64,000 nucleotides of DNA from Nitrospirota bacterium (GCA_963818475.1 CAWFSF010000002.1:704001-768000), one strand, 5' to 3'; positions 1 through 12,111 are shown, numbered from the stretch's first letter. Made by a program: numbers and translations. Notes: generated by a model from the sequence alone, not told the origin.

Positions 1-21
1 GACGAGCCCTGCTCCCCGGTT

Positions 22-451
22 TTATTCAATGGTCCCGAGCTGCAGGTCAAAGGTCAGTTCTTTTCCGGCAAGGGGATGGTTGGCATCGAGCATCAGATCG
101 GTATCGGTGATACCGACGATCGTAACGAGCGCGGTTTGATCGTTCTCCTGCGTGAGCTCAAGACGCTGTCCCACCTTGGGATTCATGCCCTGCGGCAGCT
201 GGCTCCGGCTGAAGGTGATAACGAGGTCCTTGCGGTGCTCCCCGTAGGCCTCGAGCAGGGGGAATGCGGACGGTCTTCGAGTCTCCCGGGCTCATGCCGA
301 TGATCGCCTGTTCGAACCCCGCGATCACCTGTCCGTTGCCGATGGTGAACTTCAGGGGATGACGTTCCTTTGACGTGTCGAACACCGTGCCGTCCGCCAG
401 TTTGCCGGTGTAGTGTACCAATACGATGTCGCCTTTTTTTGCCTCTGCCAT
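22..451 (-). CDS. FKBP-type peptidyl-prolyl cis-trans isomerase (SlyD/FkpB-like), one frameshift near 260
   Basis: N-terminal [16 protein letters not shown]; shifted frame continues EAYG...[14 protein letters not shown] to a TAA at 22-24; the shift is at a G5 run. Confidence 0.85.
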
Positions 452-623
452 GCGTGCTCTCCTTCGTAATAATTGACGCCGGCTCAGGTGTCGGGCCGGC
501 GGCGTTCTATCAGTTGTGCAGTATAATTCTTCTCATCCTGAACTGCAACAGCTAATTTGCTTCATCACGGCTTGACAAGGCGCGGGTCCTGTTATAAAGT
601 TGTGCCTTCAGGAGGGACATGCA

Positions 624-1320
624 ATGGGAACACCGATAACGATCGCCTATACCTACACGTTCAAGAACGGCATGACCAAGAATTTCACCATGGTCCTGGA
701 CCGGGCAACGCTGGCGCTGCAGCTGGAGAAGCGGCCGAACCCGCCCCTCTGGGCGCTGTTGACCCATAAAAAGTGCGAGAACTGTCCGCTCAGCGAGCGG
801 GAGCACCTCTACTGTCCCGTGGCGCTGAACTTCGCGGATATTGCCGAGCAGTTCAAGGACATCGTGTCCCACGAGAACGTCGATGTCACCGTGGCGGTCG
901 AGGAGCGCACCTATTCCAAGTCAACGACCATCCAGGCGGGCCTGAGCCCGCTCATCGGCATCATCATGACCACGAGCGGCTGCCCGGTCATGGCGCATTT
1001 GAAGCCGATGGTCCGCTTCCATTTGCCCTTTGCCTCGCTGGACGAGACCATCTTCAGGATGGCGACCATGTATCTCATGGCGCAATACTTCCAGAAGCAG
1101 GATGGCAGCGACGCCGCCCTGGACCCTGGACGGCCTGGCGAACGTGTACGCCAAGGTCGGCATCGTGAACCGGGATTTTGCGATACGGCTGCGCGATGCC
1201 GCGAAGAAGGATGCCAACGTGAATGCGCTGGTGAACCTTGATTGTTTTGCCCAGATGGTGCCGCTCGCGGCGGATGATGTGCTGCGGGAGATCAAGCCGT
1301 ACTTCTCGGCGTATTTATAG
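624..1320 (+). CDS. Conserved hypothetical Cys-containing protein (DUF6901-like), frameshift near 1115
   Basis: ORFs 600-1241 and 1030-1320 join; motifs CENCPL, YCP, SGCP, LKPMVRFHLPFA, DANVNALVNLD. Confidence 0.6.
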
Positions 1321-1470
1321 CATTACGCAGGGTCAGCTCCTGTGACCGTAATGTCAAAAAAATGAACCACAGAGCACACGGAGAAATTCTCAGACTCAAC
1401 GTGGGGCTTCCCCCTCTGTGCTCTCTTATTCCAGAGTACTTCTCCGAGCTATTTGTGGTTTCAGACAGTC

Positions 1471-3223
1471 TTATCTGCGTAATTTAAACTTTCCTGCCCC
1501 GCTTGACGCCGTCGCTTCCTTTATCAGCCCGTTCAGCTGGTTCTGTACGTCGTCAAATCTGCCGTTCATGGACAAGAGCCCGCTGTAGTTCTTCTGCAGG
1601 TCGGCAAGCTGCTTGTCTGTTTTGGCAAGCACCGCGGCTTTCAGCTCTTTTTCAAGCCGGTCGCCCTGCTCCTGCACAACCTTGCCCACACTGTCCTTCA
1701 GCACCCGGTCGAGGTCGGAGGTGATTTTCACATCGTAGTTTTCAGGCGTTCCCGCGAGGTCGGCCGTCAGGGTGAACTGCGAGACCCTGGACAGGGTATC
1801 TCTGATCGCCGTCGCGAGCAGTCCTGATGCATTGCCGGATCCGGCGCTCAGGCGGGCATCCCGCACCTTCACCACGAGCTTTCCCGTAAGCGCCTGTACG
1901 GTCTTCCGCGCCTGCAGGTCGAGGTCGAGTTCGCCCCTCCTGCAGCGTGACCGGAAGGTCCTTGCTGCCTGACAGGGCAAGGTCCTTCACCCGGTATCCG
2001 CGCAGAGCGTACCGCGCTGTGTCGTCTGCATTTGACGGCGCCACATGGTTCAGGGCGCCGGTGAGTTCCATCGCCTGGGCGGTCTTCAGTTTCTCGCCGG
2101 AGAACGAGAAGGTAAGGGGGCTGCCGAGCACTTGCTGTTCCGGCGTGATATTCCGGATCGTTCCGGCAAACATGCCTGCATCGAGTTCCGCCGAGACCGC
2201 TGTCCGGATGATCAGAAAGTCGGGCAAAGGACGCGATTCCTTGAAGCGTACGTTGACGCCGCGGCCCCGGAGGGGCTTCACGACCTGCTTGTCGCCCTTT
2301 TTATCAACCGCGCTTCGGAACACCGGCTGCAGCCGGTTGTACCAGAGCAGGGACGTGCGCACCCAGGAGCCGATGCTGTCGCCGAACAGCGCCTGGCTCA
2401 TGTTCTGAAGGCCCGCGGTCGAGATGCCGTACTTGTCGCGCAGCCGCCGCACGTCATTCATGGGCGCCTTCTGCATATCCGCGACGAGTTTTTGTGCCGA
2501 GGAAAGATCAGCAGAGAAGGCGGTCCTGCTTTTTTTGAGGCGCTCCAGTTCCTGTTCAAGGTCTTTGGTCAGCGCTCGCACCTCGCCGAGCTCGCCTGCC
2601 AGGCCGGCGATGCCGGACTTCTTCGACTGGTTGATCTTCTGAATGCGGGCCTTATACGCGTCGATGGCTGCCCGGTCAGGCAGCTCGTTCATGCGCTTTT
2701 GCCAGTCATCCTGCCCTCTGGACAGGTCGGCGCTTGCAGTTTCGATCAGCTTCGGCGATTCGAGCTGCTCGGTCTCAAGGATCTTCTTCGCGTCGGGCAT
2801 GCTGAACGATAATGACAGTGACGAGCTCTTTTCCTCGGTTTTTTTCTCCGGCGGCTTCGGCACCCGTCCCGGCCGTGCTCTTTTGGTGTCGAACCGCACT
2901 CCTTCGGCCGCCATCTCGTTCACGATCACTTTTCTGCGCAGCAGGTTCAGGCTGTCGAGCGACAAGGCGATCCGCGCGCATTCGAGGCTGTTCGTTGCCG
3001 GCTCCTCCGGGTTCGTCACCTGCAGTCCATTCAGCGTGATGCCCAGGGGGAACAGCTTCACGTCCGCAGCGGCCAGATCGACCTCTGCGCCGGCCAGGCT
3101 CGTGCCCGCTTTCTCGATCATGCGCTTGACAAAGCCGTCCAGAAAAAAGAGCCAGAGCGTTGTAACGGAGCAGACCACCACCACGAAGGCGATCAGTCCC
3201 TGCCAGCGGATCCACCTCTTCAT
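1471..3223 (-). CDS. TIGR03545-family protein, frameshift near 1935
   Basis: Starts MKRWIRWQGLIAF plus a TM anchor; ORFs 1742-3469 and 1471-1980 join; ATGA overlap with the upstream TIGR03546-like gene. Confidence 0.7.
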
Positions 3224-3744
3224 GCCGCACCTCCTGTCCAGCCCGAGACCTTTTCGTAGACGCCGTAGAACTTGCTTGCCATGATAATCTGCATGAGTCG
3301 TGTTTTGCGCACCCAGCTCAGGACGTGTTCGCGATACTTCCGGATCAAAGCATTGCTCAGGAGGAAGAGCGGAACGAAGAACAGGATTGCAAAGGCGAAG
3401 CCGCCCATCACCACGGTGTTGTTGAACTTCTGGATCCGCCAGATCGTGCTGTTGTACATGGCGGTCCAAAGCCCTTCCAGCGGCGCCGCGGTCAGGAGCG
3501 CCAGTCCTATCCGGTTGAACAGGGGATCGAGAAGATAGGCGACGCCGGCGAAGAAGCCCGTGCCGAGGAGATAGGCGGACAGGTTCATCCGGATCAGGAG
3601 CACCAGCAGAAGAACGATCACATTAAGGGGGCTGAAGAAGGGCAGGAAGCCGCTCAGCATGGCGAAGCTGAACGCGAGCCCGATCTGCGCGGGATCGGTC
3701 TCCGAGTTCAGGACTTTCAGCAGTTTTGCAAGCATGTTTATCAT
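3220..3744 (-). CDS. TIGR03546-family membrane protein
   Basis: LNSETDPAQI, LLDPLF, FNNTVVMG motifs; hydrophobic; coupled to the TIGR03545-like gene. Confidence 0.75.
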   Translation of the reverse strand: MINMLAKLLKVLNSETDPAQIGLAFSFAMLSGFLPFFSPLNVIVLLLVLLIRMNLSAYLLGTGFFAGVAYLLDPLFNRIGLALLTAAPLEGLWTAMYNSTIWRIQKFNNTVVMGGFAFAILFFVPLFLLSNALIRKYREHVLSWVRKTRLMQIIMASKFYGVYEKVSGWTGGAA

Positions 3745-3948
3745 AAGCACCTCTCAGGCTCGTAGTGTGTTTTGCCTAAATCGACGTAACTGGTCAGGTC
3801 AAAATATCATCCGCAGATGCGCACAATCCGTAAAAAGTCTTTTTTGCCACATAAGTCACAAAAGCCACAGAAAAAACTTTTTAATTTTTGAAGGCTCTAC
3901 TATGTGTATTGTGAATTATGTGGCAAGTCGTGCTACTTGCCGCATTAT

Positions 3949-4329
3949 TTACTTCGCCAGGAACGCATCGATCTCCTGAATGAGCACCTGCTGGTCGCTC
4001 GTGATGCGCTTCAGGATCTCCAGCGCCTGCTTCATCTCTTCCATGTCCAGGTTCCTGACATCGCCAGACCGGAGCGAAGCCTGCGCTTTGGCTGAAATTG
4101 CTGCATCCTCGTCAGGTATGAACAGCGCCAGGTTGATGAAGCTCGAGCGCAGCAGGAGGCGCGTCTTCTCATCATCCTGGGTGAGGAAGGTCAGGCTGTT
4201 CTTGACCGCCCACTTGATCTCTTCCCGGGTATGCGAGAGCAGCGACACCGGCGCGCCAAAGGCCCGTGACGAGGCACGCTCCATGGCGATGCCGTAGTCG
4301 TTTAAAATTACTGCAAGCCGTTCGTGCAT
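3949..4329 (-). CDS. Hypothetical protein
   Basis: 126 aa ORF immediately downstream of pgi on the same strand. Confidence 0.6.
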   Translation of the reverse strand: MHERLAVILNDYGIAMERASSRAFGAPVSLLSHTREEIKWAVKNSLTFLTQDDEKTRLLLRSSFINLALFIPDEDAAISAKAQASLRSGDVRNLDMEEMKQALEILKRITSDQQVLIQEIDAFLAK

Positions 4330-4335
4330 GATGCG

Positions 4336-5933
4336 TTACTGCTCCGATCCTTGATAATGCGCATCGAAGAGGGTCTTGCCCGGCAGGCGTTTCACGCGGT
4401 GGTCTTTGTTCATGCTTGCATGCTCCAGGATCTTGAAAAGCGACTCGACCTGTTCTTCGGCTTTGATCGCCGTCGCCACTTCTTCAACCGTAAAGGAGCG
4501 TCCCGGATCGCTGCGCAACAGGGAGAGGGCATCGTGCTGAAGCTTGATGATCGCGCCTGCCATCTTCTTGCCCGCTTCCACGCCGGGCTGGTGATAGGCG
4601 TTCACGTTCACGAGCGCGGCATAGAGTCCCACGGCCCGCTCATACAGCGCGATCAGGGCGCCGATCGACCGGGCATCGAGCCGGTCGATGGTGATGGTGA
4701 TCGATTCCCGGTTGTTCTCGTACAAGGCGTTCCGCGTTCCCTGGAGATAGGCGCTCAGATAATCGCCGCTGGTGACACCGGGCTCCACTTCGAGCGACGA
4801 GCCGTTGCGGTCATGGAGCACTTCGATGAAGGTGGCGAAAAAGTTGTTCACGCCCTCGCGCAGCTGCTGCACGTAGGCATGCTGGTCCGTGGTGCCCTTG
4901 TTCCCGTAGACCGTGATGCCCTGGTTCACGACCTTGCCGTCCAGGTCCTTCTCTTTGCCGAGCGATTCCATCACCAGCTGCTGGAGGTATTTCGAGAAGA
5001 GCATCAGCCGGTCCTTGTAAGGAAGGATGACCATGTCCTTTGCCCCTTTGCCGCCCGTGGCATGATGCCAGGCAAGGGCAAGGAGTGCCGCGGGATTCGA
5101 GCCAACATCCCTGGACCGTGTTGCCTCATCGCATTGTGCCGCACCTTGTAGAAATTCTTCTATATCTATTCCCTGTAGAGCTGCCGGCAGGAGACCGACG
5201 GCGGACATCACAGATGTTCTCCCACCTATCCAGTCCCACATCGGGAAAGTTGCCAACCAGCCATCTTTTTTTGCTATTTCATGCAGCTTGCTTCCCACTT
5301 CTGTTATTGCAACGGCATGCCGTTCAAAGGAAAGCCCGGCTTTCTTGTAGGCTGCAGCGGCCTCGAGCATGCCGTTCCGCGTCTCAGCGGTGCCGCCGCT
5401 TTTGGAGATGACAATGGTGAGCGTCTTCTGAAGGTCATTGCCGATCTCGGCAAGCACACGGTCTATGCCGTCCGGGTCTGTATTATCCAGAAAGCTGGGC
5501 TTCATCCTGTCTGCGGACGTGCCGAGCGCGCTCGCTATGAATTGGGGGCCCAGGGCTGACCCGCCGATGCCGATGATCAGGATCCTTGAGAAAAGGACGT
5601 ACTTTCGCGGAACGATCTTGCCGGCATGTACGGCAAAGGCAAAGTCCTTGATGGCCTGCACGGTCTCCTCGATCTCGCGCCTGATCTCGGCGGACGGCGC
5701 GCGCTCCGGCTGCACGGAGCCAGTAGTGGCCGACCATGCGGTTCTCGTCCGGGTTCGCGATGCTGCCGGCCTCAAGCGCGTCCATGGCAGCGAAGGCCTT
5801 CTGCATCTCCGGTTCCATCCGATCCAGGAAGTCCGTCTTCAATGTTCATTCTGCTCGTATCGAGCATGAGGCCGATGGAGGGCGTGACGCAAAGACGCTG
5901 CTTGTATTGTTCCCAAAGCTGTTTTGCTTTCAT
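4336..5933 (-). CDS. pgi: Glucose-6-phosphate isomerase, two frameshifts (~5840, ~5710)
   Basis: [49 protein letters not shown]; N-terminal [15 protein letters not shown] is in another frame. Confidence 0.93.
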
Positions 5934-5981
5934 GGTCCGTTCCTTCTTGTAGAAAGGGGATCAGATGATCGTCTGGACGAA

Positions 5982-6230
5982 TTACTTTGCCTCGCTGCCG
6001 TAGACCGCCCTGATCCTGCGGCCGAGTTCGCGAAGCGCTTCGGAGAAGCTCATCCCCTGGCCCATAAGCTCCTGTATGACTGCTGCCTTGCTCAGCTCTT
6101 CGATCACCTTGTCGGTCTGGTCCACGATGTTGCAGCGGTTCTCCCCTTTCTCAAGCTGCTGCGCAATGCAGGTCTCAAGCTGTTCAGGCGAATACTTTTC
6201 GACAAGTTCTTTTATTTCAGCTGTTTTCAT
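5982..6230 (-). CDS. Small hypothetical protein
   Basis: ORF MKTAEIKELVEKYS...ALRELGRRIR upstream of pgi; start uncertain. Confidence 0.55.
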   Translation of the reverse strand: MKTAEIKELVEKYSPEQLETCIAQQLEKGENRCNIVDQTDKVIEELSKAAVIQELMGQGMSFSEALRELGRRIRAVYGSEAK

Positions 6231-6328
6231 AAGAAGGAGACATGGCAACAACTTGTTTGATTTTAGCACAAAACCCCCTTGGTAAGGAAGTGCCGTTTTG
6301 GAAAAATACTGCGGAAGTCGGCCAGCTT

Positions 6329-6414
6329 GTCATTGCGAGGAGCGCAGCGACGCAGCACTCTCTTTTTTCGGGCAGATACAAACTGCGAGATTGCTTCGCT
6401 ACGCTCGCAAAGAC
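6329..6414. repeat. Palindromic REP-like element (GTCATTGCGAG...CTCGCAAAGAC)
   Basis: Terminal inverted repeat plus internal GAGATTGCTTCG; a partial second copy starts at ~60518. Confidence 0.65.
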
Positions 6415-6491
6415 GGCTTTTTTATCTTTATCGTGCACATCCTGGCAAAAAGATGTTTTGAGACCCTGCGCTTTGTGGTAATATACCGCCC

Positions 6492-7860
6492 ATGTTTGAA
6501 ACGGACACCATATGCGCAGTATCGACCGCGCCGGGACAGGGCGGGATCGGCATCATCCGCGTGAGCGGAGGAGATGCTATTGAGATAGCATCGCTAGTGT
6601 TCCGCTCACGCACCGGGCTCGCTCTTGCTGATGCAATGACCCATACGATCCATTACGGCCATGTCGTAGATGCAGCAGGTGAGATCATCGACGAAGCGCT
6701 GGTGAGCATCATGCGTGCGCCCGCAACGTATACGCGGGAGGATGTTGTCGAGATCAACTGTCATGGCGGCATGATGCCGCTCTGGCGCACCGTCGCCGTG
6801 CTTGTTGCTTCCGGAGCGCGCCAGGCAGAGCCAGGCGAGTTCACGAAGCGCGCGTTCTTGAACGGCAGGATAGACCTTACCCAGGCCGAGGCCGTGATGG
6901 ACATCATTTCGGCGCGCACGGAGCGGGCTCATCAGGCGGCGAACGAGCAGCTTTTAGGCGGCCTTTCGAAAGAGGTCACAACACTCCGCGACCGATTGAT
7001 CGGCATCATCGCATCGGTTGAAGCGGGCATCGATTTTCCCGAAGAAGATATTGAAACCCAGTCCGGTGGGCCCCTGGCGCGTGAGATCGCGGCGCTGGCC
7101 GAGGATGTCGCGTTGTTGCAGTCGAGTTTTGCCGCAGGCAGGATCCTGCGCGAAGGCTTCGCAACAGCGATCGTGGGCAAGCCGAACGTGGGCAAGTCGT
7201 CGCTCTTGAACGCTCTCCTGAAACAGGACCGGGCGATCGTGACCGATATCCCGGGCACGACGAGGGATATTATCGAGGAGTTCCTGAACATCGATGGCGT
7301 GCCGATCAGGATCGTGGATACCGCAGGCATACGACACAGCCATGATGTGGTGGAGCAGGAAGGTGTGCGCAGAAGCCATGCGGCCATCGAATCGGCCGAC
7401 ATCGTGCTCGTTGTGCTCGACAGCTCCGAACCGCTTTCCGACGAGGACCAGCAGGTGCTCAATGGCATCACTGAAAAGAAGGCTGTCCTGGTACTGAACA
7501 AAGCGGACAAGCCGAGGACAGCTTGAGCAGATAGCTTTGCCGCATCAGCAAGTCTCGCTCTCGTGCCGTACCGGTGAAGGGCTTTCGTTACTCAAGAACG
7601 CGATAGCTGCCATGGCCAAACAGGGTATGGTCATGCCGAAAGAGCATGCCTGGGCGGTGAACCAGCGGCATGTGTTCGCCCTTAACCAGGCGAAAGCAAG
7701 CTTGGACAAAGCGCTTGAGTCGGCTAGTGCCGCGCAATCGCCGGAGTTCATTGCTGTCGATCTCCGTGGCGCGCTGGACAGCCTGGGGCTGATTATCGGC
7801 GCGACCTATACGGATGATATCCTGGAGCGGATATTTAGTGAGTTCTGTATTGGGAAATAA
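6492..7860 (+). CDS. mnmE: tRNA modification GTPase MnmE, frameshift near 7520
   Basis: [34 protein letters not shown]; C-terminal FSEFCIGK in ORF 7537-7860. Confidence 0.95.
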
Positions 7861-7876
7861 GGGATGGGAACCGCTA

Positions 7877-8173
7877 ATGAACACTAATGAACGCGAATTG
7901 CTTTTGAAGAATGAGGTTTATCAAATTGTGGGCGCGGCTATGGAAGTATCGAATCAGTTGGGTTGCGGTTTTCTGGAGGCGGTTTATCAGGAGGCTTTGG
8001 GGATTGAACTTGTTGAGCGAAAGACTCGAATGAAAACGGTATGTCAATACAAAGGGGAACCGCTAACAGCCTCAACGCCAGATGTAAAAGAAATTATTAG
8101 CGTCCATTCGTGTGTATTCGCGGACAAATTCCCCGCTGCACGCAACGGCGAATTGCAAGTTAAACCTTTATGA
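7877..8173 (+). pseudogene. Truncated GxxExxY (PD-(D/E)XK-type) protein gene
   Basis: [29 protein letters not shown] carries GxxExxY; the C-terminal nuclease motifs are missing after YKGEPL; flanked by a 28-nt inverted repeat. Confidence 0.75.
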
Positions 8174-10047
8174 CCCTTCAAAAACCATACGACGTCATTG
8201 TCATCGGCGCAGGCCATGCCGGGTGCGAGGCCGCGCTTGCTGCCGCGCGCATGGGCGCTTCCACGCTCATGCTCACCATGAACCTGGACAGCATCGCGCT
8301 CATGTCCTGCAACCCCGCTATCGGCGGTCTGGCCAAGGGACATCTCGTGAAGGAGATCGATGCCCTGGGCGGGGAGATGGGGAAGATCATCGACCGGACC
8401 GGCATCCAGTTCCGCACGTTGAACAAGAGCAAGGGACCGGCCGTGCGCGGTACTCGGGCCCAGGCAGACAAGCAGCGCTACCGCATTGCTATGAAAGAGT
8501 CGGTCGAGAAGCAGCCGCAGCTTGATGTGAAGCAGGGGCTGGTTGAGAAGCTTCTTGTTGAGGACAACAGGATCGTTGGGGTTGAGACGAACATCGGCGT
8601 TCAGTACCTTTCTTCTACAGTGATCATCACCACCGGCACATTCTTAAAAGGCCTTATTCATATCGGGCTCGTGCACTATCCTTCAGGCAGGGCAGGGGAG
8701 TTCCCGTCAGTTGGGTTGTCTGACAGCTTGAGGGAATTGGGATTCGAGATCGCCAGGCTCAAGACCGGAACACCCGCGCGTTTGAACGGAAGGACCATTG
8801 ATTTTTCGACGATGAAGCCGCAGCCAGGAGACGACCCGGCGCCGTTCTTCTCATTCACCGAAAATATTCATCCACTCCCACAAGTACCCTGCTATTTAAC
8901 TTACACAAGCACAGTTACCCATGAAATAATACGCAATAACCTTGACCGTTCCCCACTTTATGCTGGAATCATAAAAGGTACCGGCCCGCGCTATTGCCCG
9001 TCCATTGAGGATAAGGTAATGCGGTTCTCTGACCGAGAGCGGCATCAGGTCTTTCTGGAACCAGAGGGGCTGGACACTGAAGAGTACTATGCCAACGGCG
9101 TATCAACGAGCCTGCCTTATGATGTGCAGTTGATGTTGTATCGCTCCATCGCAGGTCTCGAAGAAGTTGAGATCATGCGTCCAGCTTATGCTATTGAATA
9201 CGACTTCGCGCCGCCGACACAGATCAAGCATTCGCTCGAGACGAAGAAGATCACGGGCGTTTACTTTGCGGGCCAGATCAACGGGACCTCGGGGTATGAA
9301 GAAGCTGCAGCCCAGGGGCTGATGGCCGGCATCAATGCAGCGCTCTCCGTGCAGAAGCGTCCGCCGCTCATACTCTCCCGTGCCGAAGCATACATCGGTG
9401 TTCTTATCGATGACCTGGTGACGCGCGGGACACTGGAGCCTTACCGCATGTTCACTTCGCGCGCGGAGTACCGGCTGATCCTGCGCGAAGACAACGCTGA
9501 TCAACGGCTCCGCCTTCACGGGCATGAAGTCGGGCTGGTGTCTGACGATGTCTTTCAACAATATAAAGAAAAGCAGTCATCGATCGAGCAGGAGATTTCG
9601 CGGCTCAGAAAGATATGGATAAAACCCGGGCCGGACGTTAATGAACTGTTGCTCAAGAAGGGGACGGCAGCGCTTTCGGCGGAAGCGTCTCTTGACCAGC
9701 TGCTCAAACGGCCGGAACTGGGATACGAAGAGATCGAAAGAATAAGCCCGCCGGAAGAGCCGCTCGCAGCTGCGGCCGAAGAACAGGTCGAGATCCAGGT
9801 GAAGTACGAGGGCTACATTCAGCGCCAGCTCGAACAGGTGGAGCGCTTCGCTTCGCTCGAACAAAAAGAAGTTCCCGCTGACCTGGACTACGACGCCATA
9901 ACCGGGCTCGGCGCCGAGGTCAAACAGAAGCTGAAGCAGGTGCGGCCGGTTTCGCTCGGCCAGGCTTCGCGCATCTCGGGCGTTACCCCGGCGGCGATAT
10001 CGCTTTTGATGGTGGCGCTTGAGAAACGGAAGAGAGGAAGAGCATAG
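8170..10047 (+). CDS. mnmG: tRNA uridine-5-carboxymethylaminomethyl modification enzyme MnmG (GidA)
   Basis: [54 protein letters not shown]. Confidence 0.97.
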   Translation: MTLQKPYDVIVIGAGHAGCEAALAAARMGASTLMLTMNLDSIALMSCNPAIGGLAKGHLVKEIDALGGEMGKIIDRTGIQFRTLNKSKGPAVRGTRAQADKQRYRIAMKESVEKQPQLDVKQGLVEKLLVEDNRIVGVETNIGVQYLSSTVIITTGTFLKGLIHIGLVHYPSGRAGEFPSVGLSDSLRELGFEIARLKTGTPARLNGRTIDFSTMKPQPGDDPAPFFSFTENIHPLPQVPCYLTYTSTVTHEIIRNNLDRSPLYAGIIKGTGPRYCPSIEDKVMRFSDRERHQVFLEPEGLDTEEYYANGVSTSLPYDVQLMLYRSIAGLEEVEIMRPAYAIEYDFAPPTQIKHSLETKKITGVYFAGQINGTSGYEEAAAQGLMAGINAALSVQKRPPLILSRAEAYIGVLIDDLVTRGTLEPYRMFTSRAEYRLILREDNADQRLRLHGHEVGLVSDDVFQQYKEKQSSIEQEISRLRKIWIKPGPDVNELLLKKGTAALSAEASLDQLLKRPELGYEEIERISPPEEPLAAAAEEQVEIQVKYEGYIQRQLEQVERFASLEQKEVPADLDYDAITGLGAEVKQKLKQVRPVSLGQASRISGVTPAAISLLMVALEKRKRGRA

Positions 10048-10205
10048 GGCAACAATGCGGAGCTTTTATCGCGAGAGCGCGAGGGACGCGAGGACGTCAA
10101 GAACAAGGAATGACTTTAGTTCAAGACTTCCTGCTTTCCTCGCGACCCTTGCGCCCTCGCGAGATCCAGGTTTTGTTTCTTATTTGAGCAGATTAGGATA
10201 TCACC

Positions 10206-10850
10206 ATGACACCCAGGGAATTATTGATAGCAGGTTCGAAGGAACTCGGCATTGCCCTTTCGATAGAGCAGGTGAACTCCTTCTTTGTCTATCTTGCCGA
10301 GCTTAAGAAATGGAACCGGAAGATCAACCTGACCGCGATCACGGAAGAGCGGGATACGGTGATCAAGCATCTGCTCGACTCCCTTTCCTATTTAAAGGCA
10401 TTCGCTCCCGTGCCGGGCCTGCGGCTTTTGGACATGGGTTCAGGAGCCGGCTTTCCCGCCATCCCGCTCAAGATCGCGGCTCCTGATATTTCCATCACCA
10501 TGGTGGAATCGGTCAAGAAGAAGGCTTCTTTTCTACGGCATATTGTCCGGACGCTTCCGCTGGAAGCAGTGGAGATCCTTGATAAAAGGATGGAAGAGCT
10601 TCCGGATACCTATCTTTCCTCATTTGATATAGTGACGGCCCGAGCCTTTGCCGAGATGCCGGAAGCGCTGGGTCATGGCGTGATGTTCCTTAAACCGGGC
10701 GGGCTTATGATATTGAGCCGCGGGCCGGAGGAAACAATAGCTGATCAAGAACTGGACAAGGCCGGAGTGAAGGTTGAACAACGGCTTGAGCTTGTTCTCC
10801 CGCATTCTGACTATAGGCGCTCGATCTGGGTCTTTAAGAAGGTAGGATGA
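10206..10850 (+). CDS. rsmG: 16S rRNA m7G527 methyltransferase RsmG (GidB)
   Basis: WNRKINLTAI, HLLDS, DMGSGAGFP, TARA; follows mnmG. Confidence 0.95.
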   Translation: MTPRELLIAGSKELGIALSIEQVNSFFVYLAELKKWNRKINLTAITEERDTVIKHLLDSLSYLKAFAPVPGLRLLDMGSGAGFPAIPLKIAAPDISITMVESVKKKASFLRHIVRTLPLEAVEILDKRMEELPDTYLSSFDIVTARAFAEMPEALGHGVMFLKPGGLMILSRGPEETIADQELDKAGVKVEQRLELVLPHSDYRRSIWVFKKVG

Positions 10851-10856
10851 TGGCCA

Positions 10857-10872
10857 TGTTCCACGTGGAACG
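10857..10872. promoter_or_regulatory. parS site
   Basis: TGTTCCACGTGGAACG, 15/16 match to the parS palindrome; near parAB. Confidence 0.85.
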
Positions 10873-10877
10873 TTCTA

Positions 10878-10916
10878 ATTTCGGATTTCGGATTGCGGAT
10901 TTCGGAATGCGGAATG
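10878..10916. repeat. Tandem heptamer array (ATT[T/G]CGG)n
   Basis: ATTTCGG ATTTCGG ATTGCGG ATTTCGG AATGCGG; related arrays at ~12133, 14351-14464 and ~45040. Confidence 0.85.
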
Positions 10917-11043
10917 AAGTACAAACCTATTCCGTTAAAGATTAATCCGCCGTTATCCGGTCCTTATCCGATCTTATCCGTGTCAAAGGTTCTTTAGATT
11001 TTCTCTGTGTCTCTGTGGTTAGCTTTATTACGAAAGAATCCAA

Positions 11044-12111
11044 ATGCTAGACGGTTCACTTACCATACCGCCTGAATGGCGGACAGCTGCTGAAGAGATC
11101 GCGGGCCAGGGCGGGCCGGTGCTGGTCATGGGCGCGCCCGGATCGGGCAAGACTACCTTTTGTCTTTATCTTACCGGCTGCTTCTTCCGTCTGAACAAGA
11201 AGGTTGCCTGGATCGATGCCGACCCGGGCCAGCCTTTTGTCGGTCCTCCGGCTGTATTGTCTCTTTCGCTCTATGCCGATGCCGCCGATCTGCTGAAGCG
11301 CAAGACCGCCACTGCCATGTGCTTTATCGGCAATACCAGCCCGGTGGGCCGTTTGCTCGAAATGATCGCCGGCGTGGAGAAGCTCTGCACCCTTGCCCGG
11401 ACCCTTGAGCCGGATCTGATCGTTATCAATACCTGCGGACTGGTGAACGGCGGCGCTGCCCGGGAGCTCCGGTACCATGAGGTCGACATCCTCGCCCCGC
11501 GCTATGTGGTCGCGCTCCAGAGAACGAACGAGATCGAGCACCTCCTGGCTCCCCATGCTCACCGCGCCGGATTGCTTTTGCTCCGTCTGCCGGTACCGGC
11601 CGATGCCAGGGTCTCGACCCGCGAGGCACGGCAGGCGGTACGGGAACTGCGCTTTAAGGAATATTTCCGGGGAGCGGATTTCCTCGAGATCGCGCTGCAT
11701 GACGTCGGCGTCCACGGCCCTGGGCTTCAAACGGGCGAACGGCTCGGTTTCCGCGACATCAACAAAATTTCGAAGATCATACAGGGCATCGTGGTCCATG
11801 CCGAGCTTTCCGCGGACCGGCTCTTCCTTTTACTGGAAGGCAATTACTCCGAAGAGGAGCTGTATACTGCCAGGCAGCAGTACGGCGTTCGCGAGATTTC
11901 GGTCATGAAGATGTCCGAACTGGACCATCTGCTCATCGGTCTTAATGACAACCAGAACCGCTGCCTCGGCCTCGGAATCCTGCGCGCCATCGATCTGAAA
12001 GAGCAGACCCTGCGGGTGATCACCCCGATCAGGGACGCATCGCCGATCCATAATCTTTCGATCGGCACGATCCGCGTCAGCCCGACCGGGGTGGAACTGG
12101 GGCAGGTGTGA
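11044..12111 (+). CDS. Clp1/Grc3-family polynucleotide kinase-like protein
   Basis: Walker A GAPGSGKTT, DADPGQPFVGPP, INTCGLV, R-rich lid region, C-terminal CLGLG...TP. Confidence 0.8.
   Translation: MLDGSLTIPPEWRTAAEEIAGQGGPVLVMGAPGSGKTTFCLYLTGCFFRLNKKVAWIDADPGQPFVGPPAVLSLSLYADAADLLKRKTATAMCFIGNTSPVGRLLEMIAGVEKLCTLARTLEPDLIVINTCGLVNGGAARELRYHEVDILAPRYVVALQRTNEIEHLLAPHAHRAGLLLLRLPVPADARVSTREARQAVRELRFKEYFRGADFLEIALHDVGVHGPGLQTGERLGFRDINKISKIIQGIVVHAELSADRLFLLLEGNYSEEELYTARQQYGVREISVMKMSELDHLLIGLNDNQNRCLGLGILRAIDLKEQTLRVITPIRDASPIHNLSIGTIRVSPTGVELGQV

Noticed and set aside
6230-6492. oriC upstream of mnmE
   Set aside because: No cluster of TTATCCACA DnaA boxes and no dnaA or dnaN in the window
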